Notes under the pieces: generated by a model
The model's database searches: none
Told to the model about the DNA's origin: nothing
Seen by the model: the letters and a program-made list of their open reading frames with translations, nothing else
Shown here: positions 10,990 through 23,710 of the stretch, in pieces
How positions within the stretch are numbered: the first letter of the stretch is position 1
How the letters are laid out: every line of letters begins with the position of its first letter
Origin: Lingula anatina
Taxonomy: Eukaryota; Animalia; Brachiopoda
Reading direction: 5' to 3'
Assembly (NCBI GenBank): GCA_051362555.1
Contig: CM120643.1
Span: 3,472,001 to 3,536,000 of the forward strand
Length of the DNA: 64,000 nt
Position numbers and translations under genes: made by a program

Positions 10990-13900
10990 TTGCCATTGAT
11001 AGCAAGAAGAAGTCTTGTATGTACAGTATAGGTAATTTGCAATCTCCTACACAAACAAACTCAAATCATTACATTTGCTGTTTTCTTTGAGAGTAAATAG
11101 TACATTGCAATATTGAAATATTTCTTTTCAAATTGGTTAATTCTCTCTTTTCTGATTATCAATTTCCAATAAACTTGACACTTAAAAAAAGACAGACAAC
11201 TGATCAGCTTATCACAGATTTTCATTGTTGTTAATCGTCATTTGTACAGATTTCAGAAACATTGGACAAGATTTTTTCAAAATTATTAAAGTTTAACTGT
11301 TTTGAGTCATGGGATTTGCCAGTGATTTAGGCACAAACAGCTGATCAGCTTATCATAGATTTTTATTGTTGTTAAACATCAGTTGAACAGATTTCAGAAA
11401 CAAAGGACAGGGTTTGTTAAAGTTATTAATATTTAACTAATATTTAACTGGAATTTGTCAGTGTTTTCAGTGTAATTTTCAGCTTTCTCAAATCTTGCAA
11501 AATTATTAACATTTAACTAGTTTAAGCCATGGAATTTGGCAGTGTTTTCAGTGTAATTTTCAGTTTTTTCAAAGATATTGTTGCAAGAAAATACTTTTCA
11601 TTAGACACAGTCAAGAGATGATCTTATCACAGGTTTCTATTGTTGTTCAGCATCATTTGTACAAATTTCGGAAATATTGGACAACATTTGACAAAGTTAT
11701 TAACGTTTAACTATTTTAATTTCCTGTGTTTTGCCAGTCTTCTCAATGTAAATTTCAGTTGTCCCAAATTTGTTGTCTTAAAAATCACTTTTCATTACAT
11801 ACAGTCAACTGAGCATCTTATCACAGATTTCTATTGTTGTTAAGCATCATTTGTACAAATTTCAGAAATATTGGACAAGATTTGACAAAATTATTATCGA
11901 TTAACTATTTTAAGTCATTGCATTTGCCAGTCTTTTCAATGTAATTTTCAGTTTTTTCAGTTATATTGTTCTTTTTCCAGAGTACCCTTACCATGAAAAA
12001 GCAGACAGTGAAAGACAGCACCAAGAGCAGCATTTTGTCTTATCCATGTGTACAATACATGATATGTGGCAAGATTTAGGACATTGTCAAATGTTGTGAT
12101 AACAGCAACCCATTCCAGAAACCCATTGTAAGGAGTAATCTGCATCTGTCATTGATAGTAAGGAGAAGTCTTGTAAGGGTATATATTGTTTTCCAGATAA
12201 CAGTTATAGGTAATTTGCAACCTCTTACACACACAACCTCAAGTCATCACATTTGCTATTTTATTTTATATTCACATTGCAAAATTATAAACATTTAACT
12301 ATTTTAAGCCATGGAATTTGGCATTGTTTTCAGTGTAATTTTCAGTTTTTTCAAAGATATTGTCGCAAGAAGATACTTTTTATTAGACACAGTCATTTGA
12401 TCAGCTTATCACAGGTTTTTATTGTTATTAAGCATCATTTGTACAAATTTCAGAAACACTGGACTAGATTTGACAAAATTATTAACGTTTAACTATTTGA
12501 AGTCCTTGGATTTGCCAGTCTTTTCAATGTAAATTTCATTTTTCCCAAATATGTTGTCCCAAAAAATACTTTTCATTAAATACAGTCAACAGATCATCTA
12601 ATCACAGATTTTTATTATTGTTAAGCATCATTTGTACAAATTTCAGAAATATTGGACAAGATTTGAAAATTTTATTAACGTTTAACTATTTTAAGTCATG
12701 AGATTTGCCAGTGTTTTCAACGTAAATTTCAGTTTTCCCAAATATGTTGTCCCAAAAAACACTTTTCATTAAATACAGTCAACAGATCATCTAATCACAG
12801 ATTTTTATTGTTGTTAAGCATCATTTGTACAAATTTCAGAAATATTGGACAAGATTTGACAAAACTATTAACGTTTAACTATTTTATGTCGTGGAATTTG
12901 CCAGCGTTTTCTATGTTATTTTCAATTTTTTCAGTTATATTGTTCTTTTTCCAGAGTACCTTTACCATGAAGATGCAGGCAGCGAAAGACAGCACCAAGA
13001 GCAGCACTATGTCTTATCCATGTGTACAGTACATGATATGTGGCATGATTTAGGACATTGTCAAATGTTGTGATAACAGCAACCCATTCCAGAAACCCAT
13101 TGTAAGGAGTAATCTGCATCTGGCATTGGTAGTAAGGAGAAGTTTTGCATGGGTATATATTGTTTTCCAGATGATAGCTATAGGTAATTTGCAGCCTTCT
13201 ACAAAAACAAACTCAAATCATCACATTTGCTGTTTTCTTGAGAGTAAATAATACATTGCAGTATTGAAATATTTGTTTTGGTTACGTAATTCTCACACTT
13301 CTGATTATCAATTTCCCATAAACTTGACACTTTAAAAAAGACACGGACAACTGATCAGCTTATCACAGATTTTTATTGTTGTTAAGCATCATTTGCACAA
13401 ATTTTAGAAACATTGGACAAGATTTGTCAAAATTATTAAAGTTTAACTATTTTATGTCATGGGATTTGCCTGTGTTTTTGGTGTAATTTTAAGATTTCTC
13501 AAATAGATTGTCCAAAGAAAATGATTTTCATTAAACACAGTCAACTGATCATCTTATCACAAATTTTTATTGTTGTTAAGCATCATTTGGAAAAATTTCA
13601 GAAATATTGGACTAGATTTGACAAAATTATTAACGTTTAACTATTTTAAGTTCTGGGATTTGCCAGTCTTTTCAAAGTAATTTTCAGTTTTTTTCAGTTA
13701 TATTGTTCTTTTTCCAGAGTACCCTTACCATGGAAAAGCAGGTAGTGAAAGACAGCACCAAGAGCAGCACTATGTCTTATCCATGTGTACAATACATGAT
13801 ATGTGGCAAGATTAAGGACATTGTGAAATATTGTGATAACAACAATCCATTCCAGAAACCCAATGTAAGGAGTAATCTGCATCTGGCATTGGAAGTGAGG

Positions 13901-15589
13901 AGAAGTATTGTATGGGTATATATTGTTTTCCAGATGACAGTTTTAGGTAATTTGAAGCCTTCTACACAAACAAACTCAAATCATCACATTTGCTGTTTTT
14001 TTTTAGAGTAAATAATACATTGCAATATTGAAATATTTGTTTTGGTTAATTCTTACACATCTTAATTATTATCAGTTTCCCATAAACTTGACACTTTAAA
14101 AAAGACACAGACAACTGATCAGCTTATCACAGATTTTTATTGTTGTTAAGCATCATTTGCACACATTTCAGAAACATTGGACAAGATTTGACAAAATTAT
14201 TAACATTTAACTATTTTAAGTCATGAAATTTGCCAGTGTTTTCAATGTAAATTTCAGTTTTCCCAAATATGATGTCCCAAAAAATACTTTTCATTAGATA
14301 TAGTCAACTGATCATCTTATCACAGATTTCTATTGTTGTTAAGCATCATTTGGAAAAATTTCAGAAACATTGGACAAGGTTTGTCAAAATTATTAATGTT
14401 TAACTATTTTAAGTTCTGGGATTTGCCAGTCTTTTCAATGTAATTTTCAGTTTTTTCAGTTATATTGTTCTTTTTCCAGAGTACCCTTACCATGGAAAAG
14501 CAGGTAGTGAAAGACAGCACCAAGAGCAGCACTATGTCTTATCCATGTGTACAATACATGATATGTGGCAAGATTTAGGACATTGTCAAATGTTGTGATA
14601 ACAGCAACCCATTCCAGATATCCATTGTAAGGAGTAATCTGCATCTGGCATTGGTAGTAAGGAGAAGTTTTGTATGGGTATATATTGTTTTCCAGATGAT
14701 AGCTATAGGTAATTTGCAGCCTTCTACACAAACCAACTCAAATCATCACATTTGCTGTTTTCTTGAGAGTAAATAATACATTGCAGTATTGAAATATTTG
14801 TTTTGGTTACGTAATTCTCACACTTCTGATTATCAATTTCCCATAAACTTGACACTTTAAAAAAGACACGGACAACTGATCAGCTTATCACAGATTTTTA
14901 TTGTTGTTAAGCATCATTTGCACAAATTTTAGAAACATTGGACAAGATTTGTCAAAATTATTAAAGTTTAACTATTTTATGTCATGGGATTTGCCTGTGT
15001 TTTTGGTGTAATTTTAAGATTTCTCAAATAGATTGTCCAAAGAAAATGATTTTCATTAAACACAGTCAACTGATCATCTTATCACTAATTTTTATTGTTG
15101 TTAAGCATCATTTGGAAAAATTTCAGAAATATTGGACTAGATTTGACAAAATTATTAACGTTTAACTATTTTAAGTTCTGGGATTTGCCAGTCTTTTCAA
15201 AGTAATTTTCAGTTTTTTTCAGTTATATTGTTCTTTTTCCAGAGTACCCTTACCATGGAAAAGCAGGTAGTGAAAGACAGCACCAAGAGCAGCACTATGT
15301 CTTATCCATGTGTACAATACATGATATGTGGCAAGATTAAGGACATTGTGAAATATTGTGATAACAACAACCCATTCCAGAAACCCAATGTAAGGAGTAA
15401 TCTGCATCTGGCATTGGTAGTGAGGAGAAGTATTGTATGGGTATATATTGTTTTCCAGATGACAGTTTTAGGTAATTTGAAGCCTTCTACACAAACAAAC
15501 TCAAATCATCACATTTGCTGGTTTTTTTTTAGAGTAAATAATACATTGCAATATTGAAATATTTGTTTTGGTTAATTCTTACACATCTT
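10990..15589. repeat. Complex satellite: ~190-bp monomers interleaved with a ~400-bp block, period ~763 bp, dimeric higher-order structure
   Basis: Block copies are marked by homologous minus-strand ORFs ending at 11957, 12931, 13694, 14456 and 15219 (spacings 974, 763, 762, 763). The monomer 'cagtcaactgatcatcttatcacagatttttattgttgttaagcatcatttg...' repeats between blocks. Confidence 0.95.
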
Positions 15590-15930
15590 ACCCTTAGCAA
15601 AATTTTAAGCTTCCCGCACACTGTTTCTGCGGATGCGCAGCAGATTCACAGTAAGGGTTTCTGCGGATGCGCAGCACGCCTCATTTGCATGGTAAAATAC
15701 GCACCTCCTGCACACTCCTTGCACATCTCCTGCAAACTCCCTGCACACCCCCAACACCACAACGAGCACACTTCTTGCATACCTCCTGCGTACTTCTTGC
15801 ATACCTTCTGCGTACTTTTTGCACACTTCCTGCGCACATCTTGCACACCTCCTGCGTACGTCTTGCACACCTTTTGTGCACTTCTTGCACACCTCCTGCG
15901 CACTTTTTGCATACTTTCTTGCACACTAAT
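15590..15930. mobile_element. Probable DNA-transposon terminus with 11-bp subterminal tandem repeats (EnSpm/CMC-like)
   Basis: The satellite is cut abruptly at 'cccttagcaaaatt'. This is followed by a direct repeat of tttctgcggatgcgcagca and many 11-bp units such as cctgcgcacac and cttgcacacct. No matching opposite end was found. Confidence 0.45.
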
Positions 15931-18608
15931 TTAAATATTTTATAACACAATTTAAATTTTATTCACTCGTTTTTTCAATCAGTTAATATTAATTCTACAA
16001 AGACAGGTTCTGAGTTACATCTAAAGATGTGCCAACAGAAATATTGTAAAATCTGTTTATCAACAACAAACAAGAAATTACAGTCATATATTGTGCTTTA
16101 TTAATCAAATTAAAAAATCGAACAAAATCAGCAAAATCCAAGCCATGTCCATATTTCTCTTCTTTACATCTTTCTGCCACATTTCTCTTCTTTACTCATC
16201 CTGTCCTGCTCCGTCCATCTAAAAAAAGAGTATACCATAAAGTCCTACAAATTTACCACACTGTGCACAATGCTTAACATCCAAATCTTAAACGTCCATG
16301 TGGAGGACAAAAAAACCATCAATATACACATTACTGTTTGAGAAGTCCTAAAATCAAGTTCAAGTGTTTATTATTCATATAAAGAAAAGGTTGAAAGGTA
16401 GGCAGAAAAAGGTCTTGGATATTAAAAAGAAAAAAAAACAGTGCTAAAACTGCTTTGAAGAATACTTTATATACATTCCTCACACATCTATGTTATGTTG
16501 AAATCTTAGGGTTTATGGTTGTATTCACTTTTTCACTTATTTTCAACATATACTTGTTGAATGATGTAATCAGCTTGCAGTTAGTGTTGTTCTCTTTTAA
16601 AACTTACTCTGCACAGCTCTTTCAACTGGAGAATCCTTCACAAAAGAAGCTGTTGCTGACAGTTCTTGTGGGCTGAAAAACTCTCTAGTAACTTCTTTAT
16701 CACAAAAGTACTTGACTTTTTGGTACACTTTGTGAGAGTTTCGATGAGCCACCAACTATAGATATTCACAGCAAAGTGTCCCTTCCAGTCATGCCAGCTT
16801 CTGTATGTTGTCTACTCTCTAGGGTCACCTGAAATAAACTGCAATTATTCAACAAATGTCCATTTGTTCAAGTAACACAGTAAGAGACAATTTTTTTTCA
16901 GATTCAACTGCATTTGAAGAAACATTTTGGTGAGCAATTGATCATAGTTTTATAAGAAATGAAGAGACTAAACAGTGATTGGATTTTATATCCTCGTTTC
17001 TTTGTTGGCTAAAAGGGAAGTATACATTATAAATTAAAACTTATTTAATGTAATATAGATATAATGTTTACAATGTACACTACAAATTAGATCAATTTTC
17101 TCATTTTCAATTTGATTAGATGCCCAAATGATCCAATGCATTACTGTAATACATACCTTCCTCAATCCAATTTTTCTACACTCTGTACTCTTCCACTATG
17201 CTCCTGAATTAAAACTGGCTTGAATGTAAACAGCCTTCACTCATAAACAAAGACTTAGACAGGATACCACACATCTGATAACACCAAATAGGTGGTTGTT
17301 GTAACAATAGCTGCAGGAATAGAGACCTAATAATAGGTGCCAGGCTAACAAAAGAAATTCACAGTTGTTGAATCTGTGGTTGGTGGAGTAAGGCATTCTC
17401 TAACATCAGTTGACTGTTAAACCTTGGGCTTAAAGTGTGATTGAGCATGATTTATAATAAAATGTATCTTTAAAAATATTAATTTGTCCTCGTTTCCCAC
17501 CCTTTATGAGGGACAGTACTACTACAGTATACCCTTCATGTTCGCTTTCTTTTACGTCACATTATATATATTAGGCTGGATTGAAATTTCACTTTTTAAA
17601 ACAGCCAAGGTCAAGTAAAATCTGACTATAAGCAAGATTAAAATCTGACTAGATAAGGTTGACTTTCAATATAATAGAAGAAATATGAAGTTAGTAAATA
17701 TCATCATAAAAATACTAAAAATACATTTACTGTGTTGTTATCTTTTTGTGAAAATTAACTAGCAAAGTCAAGATTATACTAGCCATGTTTAATTTACCAC
17801 AACCCTAGATTTCATAACTGTTACATTTCATGACTGATACATCCTAATAATAAGTTGTGATTTATTCCTCAAAGAACTCTCATACCAATATTTGGTTTAT
17901 TTGTTGCTAATTTAACAATAAGAAATCAGTTAACAGATTTTTAAAATCTTGATTAATCTGTAGGCTTTACAGATTGCAAGACGTAACCATGAGACTGTAT
18001 TATTACATAGTAGTTAGCACATATATTAACTGGATTAAGGGACTGGATTAAAAGAAGTGCTAAGGCAAATACAACCAACAAAAAAGTTCCATGACAAGTA
18101 TTATCTGACCCGTAATAATGATATTTTTGTTGTATTTAAAAATGTGAGGGAAATGATACAGCTTAGTTAATGTAACAGCAGAGCTGAAATTAAGAATCCA
18201 GATGAAAATAAAAAACGGCACTTTGCAGTTTATTTTAATACATTATCCTAGAAATACATCTGTGTTGGCTTCCTTGGTGTACTCAACATTCCAAGAACTG
18301 TTGTCTTGGTTCAGAATAGGGTAGAAGATAAATTTTTATTTTACAATATACAAGACATAATAATGCTTTTTCCATCTGGCTTTAAACTGTACATGTATGT
18401 CATGTGACATTTGTATAGACGTCTTCAGATGGAAATTTTATTAATGTTGTACAAATATAAAAGCTTTAAGAAGGCTGGAAGAAAATTTGTCCCACACCAT
18501 TGCAACATTCACTTAAATCTGATTTTTATTTCCAGCCATGTCTGTACATTGCTGTCACCTATGCTATTTTCAAATCTTTGTCATGTTAACCGTCTCATTA
18601 TTGAACTA

Positions 18609-18888
18609 ATTACCTCTGCCAAGGAGGTTATGTTTTCACCCCTGTTTGTCTGTCATCCACATAACTCAAAAAGCTATGGACCGATTTTGATGAAATTTTC
18701 AGGAACTGTCAGAAGTGGGCCAAGGAACAGATGAATAGTTTTTGGTGGTGATCCAGATCAATAATCAATCAATAATCAAAAGTAAAAGACTTAATCATTT
18801 TAGAATGAAAATTTAGGGGTGAAATGGCATTGGGTGGAGACTTTGATGACTTGGCAGAGGTCTGCACTCTCTGAGTGCTTTTTTAGTT
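18609..18888 (+). mobile_element. Non-autonomous Helentron (HINE/DINE-1-like) element
   Basis: Subterminal inverted repeats acctctgccaag (18612-18623) and cttggcagaggt (18850-18861), a 3' stem-loop gcactc-tct-gagtgc (18864-18878), and a T-rich end. This is the typical HINE layout. Confidence 0.75.
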
Positions 18889-20716
18889 GCATATGTAAAT
18901 ATAGTCTTTTGACATTTTCTGCATCTTCACAATTTTGTTAGTTGTTTATATTAAAATGATGGTAAATCTGTTAGCGTGTATTGTGAATTAAAGAATAAGA
19001 TATGGAAATAAAAAATGCTATTTTGGTTTTTATTTTCCACTCTTTTTTTCTGGTTGCAATTTTTGGCCTCTTTGCAACCCCACAAATGAAAATATTTGCA
19101 CTATTTGTTTTGATATTTATTTATAAGAGATGACATTATGTAATTTTAACTAATTAACATTATTTAATGCTATATAATATCTAACACCATTCTTTAATAG
19201 AGGGACCTTTCAATAAAAGCGGCCGCTACCGGCCAAATTTCGAACACTATATATCTGTGTTTGTCATTTACTTATCCTTTGGCTTGGGTTAATATTTAAG
19301 TTTAGTTTAGTTTAGTTTATTTCACTGTAACATATGCATCCACTTGTGTGGATGAAAATGACAATATGAATACAATTTTTGTGAATATGCTATTAATGAG
19401 GAGACATAAATAAAATTATATCAGCGTAGTTTGTCAGATTCGTTCCTTTACTGTTTTCAGATCAAGGAAATTAGATATTTAAAATTGTTCTATTGATGTA
19501 TTTTTTATTTGTTTGAATAGAGGTCTGTCCATACTGTAATGCCATACTTGAAATTTTGTTAATTCTTTTGGAGGTGGTGCATTGTTCTTTATGTATGAAA
19601 ATATATTGATTTTCATTTTTAGATACTAGTGAAAGTCTTTTTGTTTTTGGTACATGCATGTCAATAGTATGTATGTTCTTCATTATTTCACTGTAATAAA
19701 GGATATTTTGGGGGGAAATATGTATGTTCAATTGTTGCTCTTTTTCTCCCTCTAATCTTTTCCCTTTCACTTTAATTTTTATAAGAAAAACAAATAATTT
19801 TTGTGAAAAAATGGAATAATATCAATAAGTAGATTTTCCAATTAAAAATATACAAAGGTTAGACAAAATTCTAATTTCAAGAGGGGAATATTGGTGCGAT
19901 ATATTTTTCAGAAACCTCTTAATTGGCCACTGCGTTACCGATATGCACGTTACCATTTTGCGTGTAGATTGTTGTTGTTGTTGTTGTTGTTATTTACGTT
20001 GTGAGTTGTCTGTCGGCACAACACTCAATAACTCCCTATCCTTTAACTTGTTTGATTCCGTTATAATATTTATCTGCAGTTAGTGAAAGTGTAAGTCATT
20101 TACTTTACAACATCAATTGAAAAGGCTACAAGTTGCCTTAAAATTTTGCATGTGATCCTCTATGAAGAGGAACTGTAGCAGCCAACAAGATTTTTAACTC
20201 TGAATTTTTTTACTTCTGAATATTTTGACTGTTATGCGCATTATTTTTTTCGCTCGGCTTTCTCCTTTATATTCACTTAAAAAGAGAGAGAGGGGGTATT
20301 CTAATTAAATTCATCCTTGTCGAACACAAATAAACAGAAATGCTGTCAAAATTTTAATGCTTTGCCGATATCCATTTTCAATCACAGTTTTCTTTTTACC
20401 TATATCAAATAATTATGACGAAATGTCGCGTGTGATTTTCGCCCAAAAGCCGTGACGTCTGCAGCGCATCTCTGAGGCGCGTTTACTAATTATTTTTCAC
20501 TCGTGGAATGATTGTGTTAGTACAGAAATTTCTTTCTCACCAGATGACAACTGAAAACTTTGATAATATTTTTGAACCACCATTAATATCATCAAGGCCA
20601 TCAAGATCATCATCATTACAAATCTCTGAACATCACTTCCGGCCAGTCTTATATTACTTCAAGGAACCTAATTTGCATATAAGAGAAAAAATGCATTTTT
20701 TCTGATTTAGGTTTGT

Positions 20717-21933
20717 ACGGAGCTTTGTTAGTATCATATTAACTTTTTTTTATTTTCATTTAAGTTTTATTTTATGGAATTTTCACCGCGGTGAAAATAA
20801 TTTTCACCGCGGTGGAAAATAATTTACACCGCGGTGGAAAATAATTTTCACCCCGGTGGTAATTCCTGGCCATCTCGGCCCGGGTGATGAATAGTTAATG
20901 AGAACCTTACATTTGCCAGATGCCGTCACGGTGCATACTATTGTTACATACACACAAGGTTGGAGGATCTGTTCGTGGGGCCACTGCCGTTAACTTAGGT
21001 TTCCCATCTATATTTACCACCTATATAATTAAAGTCCCGCTTGCAGTTTTATGCAAAGGGAATCCCATTGTAATTACTAAATACTTAAAGCAATAATAAC
21101 TCTTTGTTTCGGCCAAAAAATGAATTTTCCTGGAGTAAACAACAATTTTCCCATACTTACCAATGGTTAATGAATCCATTTTTACATTCAAAGTTAGTCC
21201 CTGGTTTTTTTCTAAAAAGTTTGGTTTTGTGTTAAAATCTCTTAAGAGATTTTAACAGAGTATAGCCATCAATGGAGGTCACGTGGTCTAAAGACAAGTT
21301 CAGATATCAGAATAAAAGCTATAACTGCTGTTTTTGTGGTAAAACAGAATAAATTATATTTCTATGAGTTATTCACAAGGTTTTTATTGTGAAATATAGA
21401 TCTCATACGAAGAGTTATTATCCCTTTAATGTTATTTTTGGACAATGTATTTTTAAATATTCGTGTGATGTGTTTGCCCATAGATCTTATCTTAATAGAT
21501 GTAATCTCGGTTTCTTCGGAGAGGTTTCTTTCTACCAATATCCCCAATAATACGCAAGTTATTATAAAGGGAAAAACGACGTACAACATTGCAGCATTTC
21601 GGTGGTTTTTAATCTATTCGAATACTGCCCGCTTCCTCCACATTCCTGGGATGATTGGCACATAGACCGGTTAAACCGCGTGCATGTGCATGTGCTTGTC
21701 TTAATCAACTTCCTTCCCAGACATCTGGTAAATTTTGGATTCGCATATACTACATGTATGCATCACCCGGGCCGAGATGGCCAGGAATTACCACCGCGGT
21801 GAAAATTATTTTCCACCGCGGTGAAAATTATTTTCCACCGCGGTGAAAATTATTTTCACCGCGGTGAAAATTCCATAAAATAAAACTTAAATGAAAATAA
21901 AAAAAAGTTAATATGATACTAACAAAGCTCCGT
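20717..21933. mobile_element. Non-autonomous foldback-like DNA transposon with 173-bp TIRs and 8-bp TSD
   Basis: TIRs 20717-20889 and 21761-21933 are nearly perfect, each with four caccgcggtg-type palindromic subrepeats. TSD aggtttgt at 20709-20716 and 21934-21941 (an alternative reading is a 6-bp ggtttg). Confidence 0.92.
21089..21425. mobile_element. Kolobok-type MITE, copy 2, nested in the foldback element
   Basis: TTAA on both sides (21085-21088, 21426-21429), AG...CT termini, and an imperfect TIR agcaataataactctttgt / acgaagagttattatccct. Confidence 0.8.
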
Positions 21934-23710
21934 AGGTTTGTCTCTAATTTTTTCATTATTTTCATATAGCAATGTCATCTTTTGCTCACAAATCGGGACA
22001 CCTTTATTCCAAATGCACTGTTTGTAAATTATGTAATTAGAAATAATTTTTATATCACAGACGTGTATCACGTTTTCACTCCACAGCCATAAAACTCGTT
22101 GATAGCTGCATGGGTATAAAAGTAGGTCAATTGCCTGCCATACGATTATTGATTTTTTAGTGTGGACCGTTTTAGGGGGGAGACACAAGTGGGAGATGTA
22201 TCAAGATACCAGGAAAATATTTTGGTTGCATGCGGGTACTGAAAGTCAGAGTATATTGCAAACTTTGAAAGAAAAGAGTAAAACTAGGCCACATCTCCAG
22301 CTTCATCATGTAAAACTTTATAGATGCCACGGTCCCTCTCTATTTCATCTGACTCTCCCTTAAATTTTTCAGACCGCGTTAACTGTTCACATCCCGGGAA
22401 CCGCGAAGCATCCAGCGAGGTAGCAGACGCTGAGCTCTGCAGACGGTACATTGCATTCACAAGAGGGGGTAAAGGTTTTCTGGGGGAAATGCTGTATTTT
22501 ATTACATCTGACGAATTACGTGATAAAGGAAAGGTGTTTTTTACATATTTGAATTTATATTGACTAAGTGCAATGAGAGACAACGATTCACTGTATTTCT
22601 TCTCAAAATTGACAGGTTAAAAAAAAAAGAGCAAAAGGAGACTACCTATCTCACCTATGAATCCTTACATGGCATATCCTATCCGTGAACTTTTGATCTA
22701 CTTTAGTTTTCACACTCCAACACACGCTGAGTTTGTATGGAATCAATAGAAAGGGGGCGTATTGGGGGGGGGGGGGATTCTAATGTGACTTTTCATGTTC
22801 AAGAAGATATGGTATTTCTATTTTGCTAATGCTACATCTACAGCATATTTGGGTTCATGCACAGTATTACACACTGCTAGATTATGGACCGAAGTATGTT
22901 GTTTTATACACGTCTTTTTTTAATATAAAATAAAACATTTTATTTTAAAAGATAGACCTGAACTGAGAGCGTTGGCAACGGGGAAGAGCAGTTTTGTATC
23001 CAAACCCACAGTTGTTGATTATGCTGGTCTGCACATTCCGCGCTTTATTGTAATTTTGATCTGATTCGTTTATTTTATGATGACTTACTTAGGACAAATA
23101 GTGAACCGAAGTACAACTTCAATGATTGAATTTGGCTCTCCCCCTCTTCGAGCCTGTGTGTGTGTGTGTGTGTGTGTGTTTAGTGTGTGTGTGTGTGTTT
23201 AGTGTATGTGTAGGGGAGGGTGTATGTCGTTTTCACGTAGTCCTGCCATACATTGACAAGGTACCGACATTATTTTAAAAATTAATTGTAGCTCAACTCG
23301 TAAGTAAAGGGAGTGTATATTCTATTTTCATTTCCATTTGCTTGAAGCTGTATTTGTTGTTCAGATTCCATTTTTAATTTAAAATTATTCTGCCTTTGTT
23401 CTTTTCATTAATTTTTCTTGTATTAATTCTGAAAAGTAATTTTTTAATTTTTAGGTAACAATTGCTTTGTTATAGATAGAGTCATCCAGATTTGTTCATG
23501 ATTCTATAAATTAGTGACAATACCACCAACAAGAATGACTTAATTAAACCCGTTCTCTAGCGCGTTGTTTCCTACGTAAGGACTCCTATTTATGGTTTTG
23601 ATATGCACTGTTTGAACTTCGCGCTTCGGACTGCGACTAAAGTATGATGGTGATGAAGACGTACGTGCCGAGATTTAACGTAAATGCGAAATGATAACAG
23701 ATAAAAGAAT

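Larger units (their letters stand above)
20180..22980. repeat. Long dispersed repeat, copy 2, interrupted by a TIR element
   Basis: Collinear with 1005-2415 once 20717-21933 and one TSD copy are removed. Confidence 0.85.

Noticed and set aside
15554-15950. Five overlapping Cys/His-rich ORFs
   Set aside because: A by-product of a stop-poor 11-bp tandem repeat.
16120-16830. Possible BEN-domain exons (…KKLLES/FFSPQELSA…)
   Set aside because: Needs a frameshift and stops to read through, and the similarity is too weak to assert.
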